A DNA stretch of 64,000 nt from Octopus sinensis. Lineage: Eukaryota. Of this stretch, positions 14,077 to 29,164 are shown piece after piece (position 1 is the stretch's first letter; every line of letters begins with the position of its first letter). Where the stretch lies: positions 63,426,001 to 63,490,000 of the forward strand of contig NC_043002.1 in assembly GCF_006345805.1 (NCBI RefSeq). Direction: 5' to 3'. The notes beneath the pieces were generated by a model that was not told where the DNA came from, did not search any database, and saw nothing but the letters and a program-made list of their open reading frames with translations. The translations under genes and the position numbers were made by a program.

Positions 14077-14254
14077 AAGGTGGCAAGCTGGCAGAATTGT
14101 TACAACGCTGGAAGAAATGCTTAGTGGTATCTCGCCATTCGCTACGTACTGAGATCAAATTCCGCCAAGGTCATCTTGACGATTTATTCTTTCGGGCTCG
14201 ATAAAATAAGTACCAGTTGAATACTGCTGTCGATGTAATCGATTTATCCTTACC
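14077..14254 (+). mobile_element. SINE family A
   Basis: aaggtggcaagctggcagaattg...aataagtaccagttga. Confidence 0.8.
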
Positions 14255-14606
14255 ACGGTGTTTCCTATTAGATTCAAACAACATTAAATTTTATATTGTT
14301 GCTAAAATTTCGGTTAGAATATATGATGGATGACGTTTGTGCGTTGCACGTCCCAAATAAAATGATGAAAGTGACATTTGTATTAAACAACATCAGTTTT
14401 AATTAATTATTTTACCGAATGATAGATGTGAGGAAATAGCTGGAATCTGAAAATATATTATATGTCACCTTCTGTATATATTAAAAAAAAAATTTAACAT
14501 CCTATGGGTGATACAATTACAAAAGAAGTTTATGTGCATCAAATTCTAAGATCATTTCCTATAAATGCATGTGCGTGCGTTTGTGTGTGTATTTGTGAGT
14601 GTGTTC

Positions 14607-14665
<59 letters not shown>

Positions 14666-14675
14666 AATATATATA

Positions 14676-14856
14676 CGGAGAGTTTACGAGAAAGACAAAA
14701 GACGAAGACAGGTGGTGTACAAAACAAACAGATGTATTAGTATAACGCTCAGGAATAGAAACAGTCTTTTACGTTTTGACCTTACGCTACAGAAAGGGAC
14801 ACAGAAAAAACAAGGACAGAAACAAGGAGAGAAAAAATGTGTGTAGTGGCTAATGA
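14676..14856 (-). mobile_element. Penelope-like terminal repeat relic (hammerhead core deleted)
   Basis: The minus strand reads tttctgtagcgtaaggtcaaaacgtaaaaga, a decayed CTG...GAAACGTA|AAA motif. Shares caaaagacgaagac...aacaaacagat with 640-720. Confidence 0.5.
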
Positions 14857-14859
14857 TCT

Positions 14860-14890
<31 letters not shown>

Positions 14891-15360
14891 TGCATATATA
14901 CATACAGATATATAACCATTATACTGCGGCGTATTCAAGGTAAAACGTTTTGCTCTGTCGAAGAGGATGACGTTGTACATTATTGACGCTGGCCACATAA
15001 ACATCGTTGTCTAGAAAAGACAGATTTCAGGAATCACTGAATACCTGAACACACCAACACTTAGATGATCCGGGAAGCCAAAAAGAAGAGAACATACACG
15101 CGTGAGCGCACACATACATACAAACGCACACACATACGCACACACTCATACACATACATACATACATACACACATATACACACACACTCATACACCTACA
15201 TACATATATGCACATATATATATAGGCACAGATTCCAAACGCACTTTCACGTACATATAAATATTCACATATATAAATAATATGGGTGACGAATTCGCAA
15301 TTTTACAGCCCAAAGGCGGGAATATATTCGTCACTAAACTGACATAGGGTGCTAAGTCGT

Positions 15361-15840
15361 AGTACCAGTAGAAATAAGAGTCAAAACAACTCAATAATCA
15401 TAGAATCACTATCTTAATGACTGACAATGGAGGCAAGCTCCCTACAACAGCAGATGCAGCCAGATCATCGATGACTTAATGCTCATCGGTGGTTCTCACC
15501 GCACCCATGGTTAAACAGCTTGTCTCAAAAGCTTATAAGATTTCCCTTGAAATCACATGCTGATTTCATAAACGGTGAAAGTCAAAATTATTAAGAATAT
15601 GGATAGCTTATTCGCATTTCAACCTAATGTCAGAAGTATAGACGTGACTAAAGTGACAAAGGGTAGTAATCAGCGCCAGCAGTGCTAGAAATAAGAGCCA
15701 AATCAACTTAATAGCTACCGAATGGCTGACAAGGGAGACAAGCTCACTACGATCGAAGATATAGCCAGTTCATAGATGATTTCGCATTTTGATGCTTAAC
15801 GCAGGTTAATGCTCTTCGGTGGCTCTTATCGCGCTCATTT
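15361..15840. repeat. Diverged direct repeat (15361-15510 vs 15671-15840)
   Basis: tagaaataagagtcaaaacaactcaata / tagaaataagagccaaatcaacttaata and two further aligned blocks. Confidence 0.75.
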
Positions 15841-16089
15841 TAATTTCTTTTATTCTTTTATATGACTGTGGCCATGCTGGAGCTAAGTGAATGAACGCAA
15901 GAAATGAGTATATAATAATACAACCATAGATAGACGAGTCCAAAAACCTCAATTGATTTAATTCACACAGGCCCGGATAACTTTCCAAACTTATAATGAT
16001 CCTTTCCATCTTTGAAATTCTCTTTTTCAACAACTCATATGTAAGATTTCTTCCCTGAAGATAAAGACATGTCTCATCTTATGATGGAA

Positions 16090-16500
16090 TCTATCTACAA
16101 ACGTTATTATAGACAGGCGAAACCCTCGAAACAGCTGTTGGATTTGTAATATTTTTCCTCCAGCCCTTTAATTCTCTATATCCTTTCTAATGTGTGTTAG
16201 TTGAACCTTTCTTTGTACACATATATACATATTCTGTATTTCATGTAAGCTTTATAAATCGATCTGTTTAGCTCGCTTTTCCCTATATTTAACTCAATAC
16301 GAGCTCAAGTTTAAATCACATTAACACTAATAAGTGTTTTCTGTACGGAAAATGTTTGGATCTCATCTATAAACTATAGTACTTATTCCATATACGAAAC
16401 TACCATTAACCACTTCCAATATTTGAGCAGGTAATTGGTGTCGATAATTTCACCAATCGAGATTGCTTGGCAGATGTTATTGAAAATAATAAATCGTGGA
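16090..16500 (-). mobile_element. Possible very old PLE RT remnant
   Basis: Weak similarity only: VYR*D (YRDD-like) followed by RIELNIGKSELNRSIYKS. Confidence 0.25.
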
Positions 16501-16592
16501 TGAGATATAAAGTATCGAAACTTTGCGAATGTCATAAATTTTGTTTGAGCTGCGTTTTGGTCATTTTGTTATAAGCCACAAAAGTTACTGGC

Positions 16593-16804
16593 TTGAAAAT
16601 TTTTCACAAGGCCAGCAATATCGGGGGAGGGGTAAGTTGATTACCCAAACCCCAGTGATCAACTGGTACGTACTTTATCGATACCAAAAGGATGGAAATC
16701 AAGGTTGAGTTTGGCGAGTTTTAAACTCGGAACGTAAGAACGGAAGAAATGCGGTAAAGCATATCTGCCCGGCGTGCTAACAATTCTGCCAGCTTGCCCC
16801 CCTT
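16593..16804 (-). mobile_element. SINE family A
   Basis: Reverse complement of the family A head (ctgccagcttgcccccctt). Confidence 0.8.
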
Positions 16805-16824
16805 CAGCCGACAGTATCATTGGC

Positions 16825-17019
16825 TTGAAAATTTTGGCACAAGGCCAGAAATTGCATGGATGGGGTTGTCGATTAGATTCACCCCAGTGTTACTGGTACT
16901 TATTTTTGTCGACCCCGAAATGATAAAATACAAAGTCGATATGAGAACGTGAAGACGAACGAAACACCGCTAAGCATTTTGCGCGGCGTGCTAACGATTA
17001 CTGCCAAACTCGTCGCCTT
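16825..17019 (-). mobile_element. SINE family A
   Basis: Second tandem antisense copy. Confidence 0.8.
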
Positions 17020-18776
17020 TCATTGAGAATGATTTTGTGTAGTCTTTATGGAGTAAATTGTCTACGTTATATATAATATACGTACCTATATATCTTCCTC
17101 TCTCTGAATTTCTCTTCCTCATTCTCTCTCCCTTTCTTCCTCGCGTCAATAAAGCCCGAATGACAGAGAGATAAATACTGCACATGAAGGTAGCAGGCTC
17201 CCCACAAATTAAATGCATGAAGTCCAGTTTGCACTAGTAGTGTAAAATCGCGCTGAGTGGCAAATTATCTTGTGCCTGTCGCAGGTGAAAGCCCCGCTGT
17301 TTCAACCGATAGTGTGTCAAATTCTTGCGCAATTACACTTAACTAACCAACTATTACCACCTCTTCTATCTACGCAAATAGCACACCAAAACTATGGCTG
17401 AACTACTAACTTAGTAACACAGTTAAAATTCCATAGCTGAGATGTATGTAATTTGTCGCCTGCAAGCAGATGTTATCCATGCAACTTTTAGAATTGCATC
17501 TGACGGTGAACAAAGCAGCAGCAAAGATAGATATATCAATGTAAAATACAATCTCTACTAACAGGGAGGTGAGAAGTAATGGTGGAAGAAACTTCAAGAT
17601 TTGTGAATATATTCATTTTGAATCCCGCTTTTCACATATATTAAGCATATAATTATGATAATGTAACACAAAGCACTAATAATGTATATAAAACCGATCG
17701 ATGTGATTATTGTATAAAATAACGTCCTCGTGGTTCCTAAATAAAGAAATCTTTGGAAATAAATATAATCGATATTAACAGACTCGAACATTGCGCCAAT
17801 AGCACAATAACAAACGGTCCCAAAACAGCTCAAGTAAGCCAGTATCTTTAAATCACCTATCGTTAATGGTTGTCCATGCAAAAAATAATACTTTAAATAA
17901 CCTGGAGCTCATCTCTACATCACAATTAGTATGAACGTCACCCACAATGTGAAGATAATGTCAATTCTGTCCTGTAAATATATAATTCTAGTTATAACAA
18001 TGAATGGTCCAAATGTATAGTAAATATACAATCAACAAGAACCCGGTTAACATTTTTATCTAGCCGGAGCATTCATAAAACAAACGAGAAACCAATATAG
18101 AATGACAACCTAAAACAGAACTTGCCCGTTAGTCTCCCATTGAAGGGAATGAGTGAAAGCCTAAATAATTTATGGCAATAACGTAAGAGCATAAGCATAA
18201 AGTTCATTCTAGAATGAAACGCCGAAATGACCAAAAATGTTATTTCTAGCCAGAAAAATTCTAATGAGGGGACGAATTAAGTTTTCAAGGTAGGGAAATA
18301 AGCATTTTAAAGAAAACAATTGTCCTGATCGTTTGAGATATTTTGATAGACAGAAAAATTAACTGAAGAACCTGGTTTGTAGTGTATTTTCAATAAAATA
18401 GTAAGCTATAGAAAACAAAAACAGTAAATTAGTCCACATTTACATTGCCGGAAGAAAATAATTGACAAATTGCATTCAGTAAAAAATGTTGTCATGAATA
18501 TACGAGATAATCTTGAATTTAATGGCATGTTGTGTTGTTTTTTCATTGAACCATTTCATTTTAAAACTATTAAAGATCCTGCGAAAAGTCGATGCAAACT
18601 CTACTTCAGAATATTTGTTAGCTAGATTTTACATTTATTAAGGTCTATCATAATTTTGAGTTTCTTTTTAAGGTAATGGTTATCACACTCATAGACCTAG
18701 GTTTCTAGGGACTCATTATTACACTGCCATTGCAATAATCGCTTAATCGGTATCATTCAAGACTGAATTAATTGCA

Positions 18777-19344
18777 TTGGATTGTCGGGGAAGTTCGTGC
18801 CGATTTATAGTAGCTTATTTTCGATTTACTTTAGAACATGTTCGCGTCCATAATATAGGATTTGACTTCACTTTCATTTAGAGCACAGTTGAAGCTATCT
18901 TTTGTTTTGTGGGTGGTGGGGGTTATGTTCCTATAACCTGTGTTAATTCTGTAATCCTTTAAAATGGAGATAAGAAAGTTCATTTTCGGCACTTGATGCT
19001 TTGGGAACCAGACAAAAATTGCTGCAGCTCGTCTGGGATGTTACCCCACCCTCCATATTCACCAGATATTGCTCCTTCGGATTTTCACTTATTCAGGTCT
19101 CTGCAGAACAGTCTTAATGGTAAACATTTCAATTCCTTGGATGATGTAAAGAGCGACCTTGATGAATTCTTTGCCATGAAACCACCTGAATTCTGGGAAG
19201 AGGGTATTTTCAAGTTAAAGGAAAGATGGACACGCATTGTGCAACAAAATGGTTTATATTTGGTTGATTAAAATTCTAATGGCTAGTAATTATTGACCTT
19301 TTTCTTTCCTTTAAAAATCGGCACGAACATTCCGGACAACCCAA
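18777..19344 (+). mobile_element. Internally deleted mariner (non-autonomous), complete TIRs
   Basis: TIRs TTGGATTGTCGGGGAAGTTCGTGCCGATTT / AAATCGGCACGAACATTCCGGACAACCCAA-TA. ORF 18993-19271 contains the mariner motif HPPYSPDIAPSDFHLF. Confidence 0.93.
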
Positions 19345-19894
19345 TATATACTGAATGTTGTTTTAATTTAATTGTCACTTGTCCAAACTCAGCTATTTTT
19401 CTTAATTATGAGATCGATATCCATGTACAGAAATGTTTCAGTAAGCAGGTGTCGTACATTTTAAACCCAAAAAGAAAGAAAAGGCAAAAATTGATTCTTA
19501 GGGTGAATTTGAAATCAGAGCACACTGACTTGTAACAAATGCTTCGGGGAATACTATCCAAGTTAGAAGAGCTGAACAACTACACAGACATACATATAAG
19601 GCTGCCTCTTTCTTCAGCTACCCATGCATCTGTGTCTCTACATATGCGTGTGTGTGTGCGCCTGCGTGTGTATCTGTGCGTATATGCTTTTGAATTCGCG
19701 TGTCTCGTGTTTATGTTTAGATGTCTATGTGAACGTATGTGTGCGTGATGATAATGATTATACTGTAGAGTTTAATAATCTAGAGAGTGCTAACATCCAA
19801 GTAATAAGGATTAGAAAAGAAGATGCATCTGAATTAATGATTAAGCTTAGCAAATTAATTACTGTGCCAACGTTGAAATAGTATCTACTTCACT

Positions 19895-20280
19895 TCCCCA
19901 GATTGTAGGATATTTCAATTTGCAATACATTAAAAATCCATTAACATAATGACACTCTCCGATCCATCATTAGACAAGTAAATACACAAACACCCAAGGT
20001 CGCCAAACTATTCGATACGATTTTACAGCAATATACACTTGAGAATTAAAATAACTTTTATTAAACATTTTCATGAAATCTTTGGAAACATTGATGAATT
20101 AGACATTACTATAGAAAGCATACTTTACAGAATAATAAATAGGTTAATATTAGAAGATTTCCTCAAATATGTCAAGTGGGAAAATAAGATTCAGTAGTAA
20201 TGGAAATACAGGTGCAGCTACATTTTTGACACAGCTAAGGAATATATTTATGTTTATAGATGAATCGGCAATTAAGCCAA
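19895..20280 (+). mobile_element. Degenerate Penelope-like RT remnant
   Basis: KIH*HNDTLRSIIRQVNTQTPKVAKLFDTILQQY resembles PLE PKIHK..PLRPIVS....PTY.LAK.L..IL. Confidence 0.6.
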
Positions 20281-20773
20281 AAAAAAAAAGAAGAAGTATA
20301 TCTGGCACATTCAAAGAAGATCCGTAGCGTGAAAGAGGTTTCGGAAAATCACTAACTCCGATTTTTTATATATTGATCATTTCATATAAAATTGTCACTA
20401 CTCATAAAATGTATCTATTTTTATGGAGGAACATACAGACGTCGAGCAATGACCAAACAATTACTCCGTTGCCAACGTACTCGTAAAAGTGCACACAGGG
20501 GTACACATATCATCACAAGCAGATATACACGTGTACATATCTATTTGTATAGCTGAGCCAGTTTATCCGTAGTTTTTCATCAAGTATGTGAGATTTATTG
20601 TTATTAATTTCTTTTCTTTTTCTTTTTTTTTTACCCAGTAATATTTCAGCTCTCACAACATTTTAAGTATATTTCTGTCCCAGATAATTAGCTAAATAAT
20701 ATTTTCAAATTATTCGATGTTTTCAAAACTTGATATGTTCATGTCTGTGTGTGTGTTTATATATATTTATTTA

Positions 20774-20857
<84 letters not shown>

Positions 20858-21098
20858 AGAGAGTGGACAAACGAAGGAAGGGCACTCAACAAATTTATTG
20901 GGAGATACATGTATGGATCAAAACAGTTAGATTCAAATTCGTTGGTACTCTGGAGTTTCATGCATGATGCTAGTCGTCAGCCATTGTGATGCAAAATGGG
21001 TGACGACTAGCATCACGCTTGAAACTCAACAGCGCCAACGAATTTGAATCTAAATGTTTAAGTGCTTTAGCGGTGTCAAGATATATATATATGTATGT

Positions 21099-21140
<42 letters not shown>

Positions 21141-22308
21141 CCACATTACTATGTTACGAGTGCATAATCACCCCGCAAAAGCACTAAAATGATGGTAGTG
21201 ATACAGAGTTGCTGGAAGTGGTTCCAGATGGGCTTAAATTTCATGTAAACGTCAACCAAATCATTTCAAGTTCGTGAAAGAGTTTATTTTGTAAGCGATC
21301 ACCAAGATTAAGGGTACTAAAACAAACCACTATATGTGGACTTTCACTTGGACCCTGGATATAATGATTCAGTGAATGAATTACTCTGGTGATTCATCCC
21401 AGGATAAACAATGAGATATAATAGATGATAAGTTACACCATGAAAATTAACGCAAAATACAAATGCACATACAATTTTGCATGTAGTGCAGAACTGGCTC
21501 AAATAGATGAACAGTATTAAAGCAGATTTCAGAGTGTGACTGAAAAAACATTACAATAGTTATTCAATCATTCAGTGACACCAATAACGGTTATATGCCA
21601 TTCCAAGAAAACTGGGCATCATTTAACTGACAATTATAATCATATAATATGCAAAAAATCATATCATCAGGAAAATTTCGAATATTTATATGAGGTGTAA
21701 AATTCAAGCTTGCCTTACATCCATCGACGGATAAATGCAAAAACATAAACAGTTAATTTATGTTTTAGAAAATATCAATAAAAACACCACAAGGAACATG
21801 AAGGACACTGATGAACCATAATCTTCATCGATAGTGTTAACAAGGACATACTTTATCTCTGTGCCTATATATATGTACGAATACAAGCGCAAACAAACAC
21901 ACGCCTATATATATATATATATATTGTTATCGCCATATTAATATGGCAGTCTTATAGATATAAGACTAAAAGCTGTCGCTGATTAGCTCCATATATATTG
22001 ATAGAAATGGTAAGACGACAAAAGAATTAAAGAGACGTCGATATTATGTAAACAGAGGAACTTATCTGCGAATATAATATGTGACAATTATTCGGTAACC
22101 ATGATAAAACTCTTCAGTTATTGGGCCATCGAAAAAAAAAAAATTTTCAATGGCCCGATAATTGAAGAGATGGCGGCGTGGGTTTCCGCCCCAACATCCG
22201 AAACTCGGAGTTTTATCATGGCTACCGAATAATTGTTACATATTATATTTACAGATACATACATACATACGCGCACACACATAGACACATACACGCACAC
22301 ACACATTA

Positions 22309-22358
<50 letters not shown>

Positions 22359-22379
22359 GCGTATGTATGTATATATATA

Positions 22380-23052
22380 GACACGCAAACACATATATAT
22401 TTATAAAATAAATAAAATATAAAAATGATTATATTAGTGGCCGAGTACACAATGATGACCGTACAGGTAACATTGATTTTTTTATGCATATAATAATAAA
22501 AATGTAATAATAGTTAAGGACTACAGGAAATGATGATCGCCAATGCTAGAAGTAGATGTAAAATACCCAAAATCCACTCTAAAATTTCTTCTTTATATTC
22601 AATATATTCAATGAATATGGTCATTTCCAGTAGCTCTTAACTATAATTATATTTTTATAATTATATATGTATATGTGTGTGTGCATGGTGTACGTGTGTG
22701 TGTGTGTATGTGCACATGCTCAGATGTAGTATGTTTGTGTAATAAGAATAAGGAGAACATATTATGATATCACATATATGATAAAAGCAACATGATTCCT
22801 ATTCCATTTCTGTGAAGACATATGATATATAATTACATTTTGTCCATAAAATATCACCTACGTATAATAGTATGCTCTTTTCCTCTTTTCTTACGTATTC
22901 TCTCTGAATTAAATTTTAAGATATGTAGATACGTATACGATAATGGCATACGGAATTTAACATAATATAATTAAAGCGGTATCGCGCTTTACTCGAAGAT
23001 TACATACATCAAAATTATTAGATATGTGTCGAAAGAAAAATGTGTGTATATA

Positions 23053-23150
<98 letters not shown>

Positions 23151-24178
23151 ATGTGTGTGTATGTGAATTAGATGAGTGACATACTTAGAGTTTGTTTTTC
23201 GACACATATCTAATAATTTTGATATATGTAATCTTCGCGTAAAGCGCGATACCACTTTAATTATATTATGTTAAATTCTGTATGACATTGTCGTATACGT
23301 ATCTACATATCTTAAAATTTAATTCAGAGGGAATATGTAAGAAAAGAGGTAAAAGTACATACTATTATACGTAGGTGAAATTTTATGGACACAATGTAAT
23401 TATATATCATATGTCTTCACAGAAATGGAATAGGAATCATGTTGCTTTTATCGTATATGTGATAACATAATATGTTCTCCTTATTCTTATCACACAAACA
23501 TACCAGATCTGAGCATGCGCATACACATACACAAACATGTACACTACGCACACACCATTTACATATATAATTACAAAAATATAATTATAGTTAAGGGCTA
23601 CTGGAAATGACCATATTCACTGAATATATTGAATATAGAGAAGAAAATTTAGAGTGGATTGTGGGTATTTGACATCTACTTCTAGCATTGGTGATGGTCA
23701 TTTCCTGTAGCCCTTAACTATTATAAGATTTTTTATTATTACGGAGATATACTTGCATAGCAAGTGACTTGATCTGAGATCGTGTGCTGGAACGAAAACA
23801 AATGCAGCGTGGAAGGTGTTTATAAGCCATTTAAGAAACACACAAAACCGTTAGGTTCACTTCAACATTTAAATTTAATTCACTTCAACAATTAAATTTA
23901 ATCGTGCTGCAGCACGAAGTTTTGTCAGTGAACAGGTCGCGGTCTCAAAGCGACGAAAATATTTTGACAAATTAAATTTAAATGTTGAAGTGAATCTAAC
24001 GGTTTTGTGTGTTTCTTAAATGGCTTATAAACACCTTCCACGCTGCAATTATTTTTATTATTATATACGTAAAAAGAATTAGTGTTACCTGTACGGTCAT
24101 CAATATGTGCTCGGCCACTGATATAATCATTTTTATATTTTGCTATTTTATAAATATATATAGATGTGTGTGCGTGTC
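22380..24178. repeat. Large imperfect inverted repeat (arms ~22380-23037 and ~23195-24178)
   Basis: For example gtcatttccagtagctcttaactataattat vs ataattatagttaagggctactggaaatgacc. Arms diverged by substitutions; spacer mostly (TA)n/(TG)n. Confidence 0.9.
23742..24050. mobile_element. Palindromic foldback/MITE-like element inserted in the right arm
   Basis: 23802-23880 is the reverse complement of 23970-24047; absent from the left arm. Confidence 0.8.
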
Positions 24179-25506
24179 CGTGAATGAGTAGACACATGCG
24201 TAGATAAATAGATAATTGTTGCATATAGAAGAGGGTGCATTGGCTTGTATAACCCCCATTGATGCATATGTTTTGCAGTTGATGGATGTGTTGCAGCACG
24301 ATGTGTGTTTTGAGATCTGTCTTGCAAAACCAATTATAACTCTTACGAAATATGAATGGCTATAAAATGGATTCATAAATTTTATTATCAATTTTATCAA
24401 ATCAGAATACATAATTTTGTCGAGGACAACCTTCAGAAGGTCCATTTCCAAGATATATCAGAATAAGGAGCCCACAAAATTTTCACGTAGAATCGCATAT
24501 ATTTCATTTTTTTTTTTTTTTGTTAATGCAAATACATTTCATCAACTTAATGTACTCTGTAATATAGTCTGTGATGCGAGAACTCGTCACAATGCCCGTT
24601 CTCGTATGCAAACTGTGAAAATGAAAACAGGCGTAATATAAGCATGAACTTTCTTCATTTCTTAGTGACATTCTTATTTTAATGGAATCATGTATACTAA
24701 AATTCCTTTTATGAAAATTCACTGATGTTGTTATCAAAATGTCGCTACGTGTAAAAACTGAATCACTTCAAGCTATATGTATGATACTAATTCTTGAAAC
24801 TATTGAAATTGTAGGGATAGTGATATCTGAAATCTGCTTAAGTAAAAATGACTTGCCAGTTCCTGGAAATGTCATACAATACCAAAACTGAAATTAAGTG
24901 ATGGCTGGCAATCGAAATTTTATAGAGGTTAAAGGGAAAACGAATTATTATAGGAATTTTATTTGCATAAAAAACATTTGTCTTCATCCCAAACGAAAAC
25001 TTTCCTTTCGGAGATTCGAAATTTATCTTAAAATTAATTAAAAATAGTAATAATAAACAAAATTCCAAATTAACGCCCTCTTTCCGTTCGCAGCTGCTTC
25101 CTAACATAACAATGACGGAATATGAGTTCATTTCAATGCTATACGGGAAACATATTTTGAAATTCAAAGCGGGTGCTATGCACTTACATAACTACATCCT
25201 CATTGCCTATTTACATACAGCAAAAAGACATTATGCAAATTCTGTATGATAGATTTGTCAGAGAACGATGTATGGGAAGGAGTTTTACATAAATTGCGAC
25301 TTCTACATGTTTTCAGTGTAGCTACGTGTTTTCCTATTAACTCTCCCTGTTTTGTCTCCCTGCTTTTCAAATCTTACTTGGTTTTCTGAATGACAATTCA
25401 ATTACGACCATGTTCTTGAATCAAATTGCAGTTTTGATTTCTGTCTTTTTCTTCAGATAAAAAGGTTTTCTCTATAATTCTACATTGTTTATCTATCAAT
25501 TATCTT

Positions 25507-25529
25507 TATTATTGTTGTTGTTGTTGGTA

Positions 25530-25578
<49 letters not shown>

Positions 25579-25585
25579 CATTATC

Positions 25586-25617
<32 letters not shown>

Positions 25618-25684
25618 CTTTATTATTATTATTATTATTATTATCATCATTATCCGTATTATTATTATCTTCATTATTATTATC

Positions 25685-25732
<48 letters not shown>

Positions 25733-25733
25733 T
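25507..25733. repeat. (ATT)n-type microsatellite
   Basis: Long imperfect TTA array. Confidence 0.97.
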
Positions 25734-25892
25734 TATTTACGATAGAGCATTTGAGCATAAATGAAGTATGGTGACTGCCTTAAGATATTTTCACTTGATA
25801 GAAATGAATTGCATCGAAATTTTAGATATTTATTCTCTATAATATACATACGTACATGAGTGCATATCTATCTATCTATCTCCCTTCCCCCC

Positions 25893-25933
<41 letters not shown>

Positions 25934-26488
25934 ATATATATATATATATATATAACTATACATATGTCTGGAGGAGTAATTCTATACATATATTCATAAT
26001 CTTACACACGCTCTCTCTCACACGCACGTACACAATCATAGAAGAAAATGGGTGTATATAAAACTGTGTGTGCTCGTCTGTGTGTATGTATAACTATCAT
26101 CGTTTGATTATATGTGAGTGAATGTAGATGAGAGTGTGCACACGCGCGCTTCTGCGTACAAACGAATAATATTTATAAACGTACAATTATCTGCTGGAAT
26201 TTTTCTTTCGCCAATCAGTTAACAGAAGTTAGATTTTTACTTGATTTCATTATTTCTTTTTACATACAATTTAATCATTTCCTCCGTCTTTATTCATATA
26301 TTCTTTGACAATAAATTACATGAATTTCAAAGTTACAAAATTTAAATTCACACTTAAATAAATATAATGTAAGGCCGCGTATTCAATATCAATTCCTGCC
26401 GTTTATAATGCCGTCTAAAATAAATTCTTTGCCTTCACACTCACACACAAGCGCGTGCGTACACACATATAAATGCATACACGCACAA

Positions 26489-26528
<40 letters not shown>

Positions 26529-26691
26529 GCATACTCGAAAAACACATCCATGCACATGTATCAGTAATATACGTATGAATAATATATATATGTTATAGAC
26601 ATTCACATACATGCACAAATAGCTACATATATGTGCATTTTCTGTTAGACGTACACGAATATATATGAATATGCAAACACACACACGTGCG

Positions 26692-26754
<63 letters not shown>

Positions 26755-26955
26755 CGTGAACATTTAGGTACTATAAGGGAAATGGATATATCACAGTTAT
26801 TGTTACAAATGCATATCAGCCTATTTAAGTTTCTTCCGTGTATAGTTTTTTTAAAACTTCCTTTCACATAAAAGTTTATGCGTGAATGCGCACACATATA
26901 TACACAAACACAAATACACACATAGATACACGCATGTACGCATGCGAACATACAC

Positions 26956-26996
<41 letters not shown>

Positions 26997-27108
26997 TATG
27001 TATATAGAAAGAGAGAGGGGGAGAGAAATGTATACATATACATACATTTAACTATATATACATATATGTGCGTGCGTATGTGTGTATGTGTGCATATATA
27101 TATTTACC

Positions 27109-27140
<32 letters not shown>

Positions 27141-28918
27141 GCATGCGCGTGTGTGCTTACACACTTATACTATACGCACATATAAGTGTGTATGGTATAA
27201 GTGTATGTGTGCGTATGCTCATATGTATATATATGTGTGTATCTTATTCGTATTTACGTTATTTCCGATACAAGACATCATAGTGTCAATTTGAAGATTC
27301 TATTATACTGTTTATTCATCTCTTGAAATATTAAGACAATAAGGTTACCGAAGAATATTCTTAACATGAAATTTGATGTTTTTCATACTATTAAACTTTA
27401 TAATTCATATACAATTTCTTTCCTCTAATTTACATTTACCATTGTTTTAGATGGTTATCTGAAATAATCACTGGCCATACTAATTTTTATGCTCTTTATA
27501 TTCAGCCATTTCACAACGAAATTTCCCGCCTTCCTTACTTTGTCTTTCTTTTCCCGCCTTCTCATTATTTCTATCTTCTAGTATTCATCTGTTGTACTCT
27601 TACGTACATTTAATTAGCTTTCGATAATATTGCTTTTTCAAGTGAAAATTTGGTGTTACATTTCTGCCATTTTAACTCTTCATTACCATATTTCTGTCCG
27701 TGCTTTATTTATTGATGATTAGATTTCTACATTATAATACATTATTGTAACATAGAAAATATATTATATGTAGAATGAAGGAACATCCATTTTCCTTTAA
27801 CAAAGACGACAGAACGTTTTGTAATCGTAGACATCTATAAAAAAAGGGTTTGCTTTGTAATATTAAACATTTGAATAACTATATCGTTTCACGTACGAAT
27901 ACGTATAGCCTTATCCCCAGTGTTTCCATACGTGTAAATCTTTAAATGTATTCTCAAATATTCTGATTGCATAATTTTCATTATTGAAGGCAAATACATA
28001 ATCTGATGAATGTATTCCATACATTATATTTCCTGTTTCCACCATTTCAGGTAGAGCTTATTAACACGTATGTGGGAATGTTTATGTATACGTGTTAGTA
28101 TAACTGTGTGGATATCTATGTGGAACATTTACATTTAACACGTTCGTGCAGACGCGTATATAAACAGATATCTGCGATAGAAATCGTCACAAGATAAATA
28201 TTATCCCCATAAAATGTCTGCGTGAAACAAATCAATGGTGTATGAATGACTTAAATGAACCGTATTTGATACCGGTGTAACGAGAGATACAAAATAGTTG
28301 ACAATAAAATATTGACCAACACATTATTTGTAGTCATTCAAACTCCATCTCAAGATATTACCTTCCCAATGAGACAGTTCAGTGTCACAAAAATAGAATT
28401 GATTGTGCTGTTGGACTGAAAAGGAAGAACTTATCATCGTCTTAAAAAAAGATATTAGAATGTTAAAATAAAAGCAAATTCATAATAATAATAATGTGAC
28501 AGATATTGTATAACAGTCAGATACCAGAATACCGAAACCAAGTATAGAGTTCAGCCATAAGTGTTTCAATACGAATGATCTCTAACTAACGCTAGATCTA
28601 TACTTGATTCTCACAGTCAAGGTTTTACAAAAAATGCAGTTCCTATTATTCACCTACTTCCGTATCTACATATACTGCTAGCTATCTACATTCACATCAG
28701 TCGAATATTTAAATCTCTTTCTCTCTCCCCCCCTCTCTCTCTCTCTCTCTTTCTCCTTGTACGTATCTGATTTTCTTTTCCAATATGTCTCTGGCCGTCT
28801 GCTTTTATGTCCAACTTCCTTCTCACTCGTAGCACTTCAGTCTAGTCTATGACTCATCACCCCGCACCCGACACAGATAATTGCGTATATGTGTGTATAT
28901 ATATGTATGTATATAAAA

Positions 28919-28972
<54 letters not shown>

Positions 28973-29129
28973 ATAAGTGTATATACATATATATATGAAT
29001 AAATGTTTATATATGTATATATATAAATATATATGTAAATGTTTATCTGTGTGTCTATATATGTATGTGTATACACATACACACAAACACGCACACACAT
29101 CTATGCATATATCTATATATATATATATA

Positions 29130-29164
<35 letters not shown>

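Noticed and set aside
21230-21460. Possible Gypsy integrase C-terminal remnant (FIPG)
   Set aside because: The similarity is limited to a few residues.
25485-25758. Poly-Leu and poly-Ile ORFs
   Set aside because: (ATT)n microsatellite.
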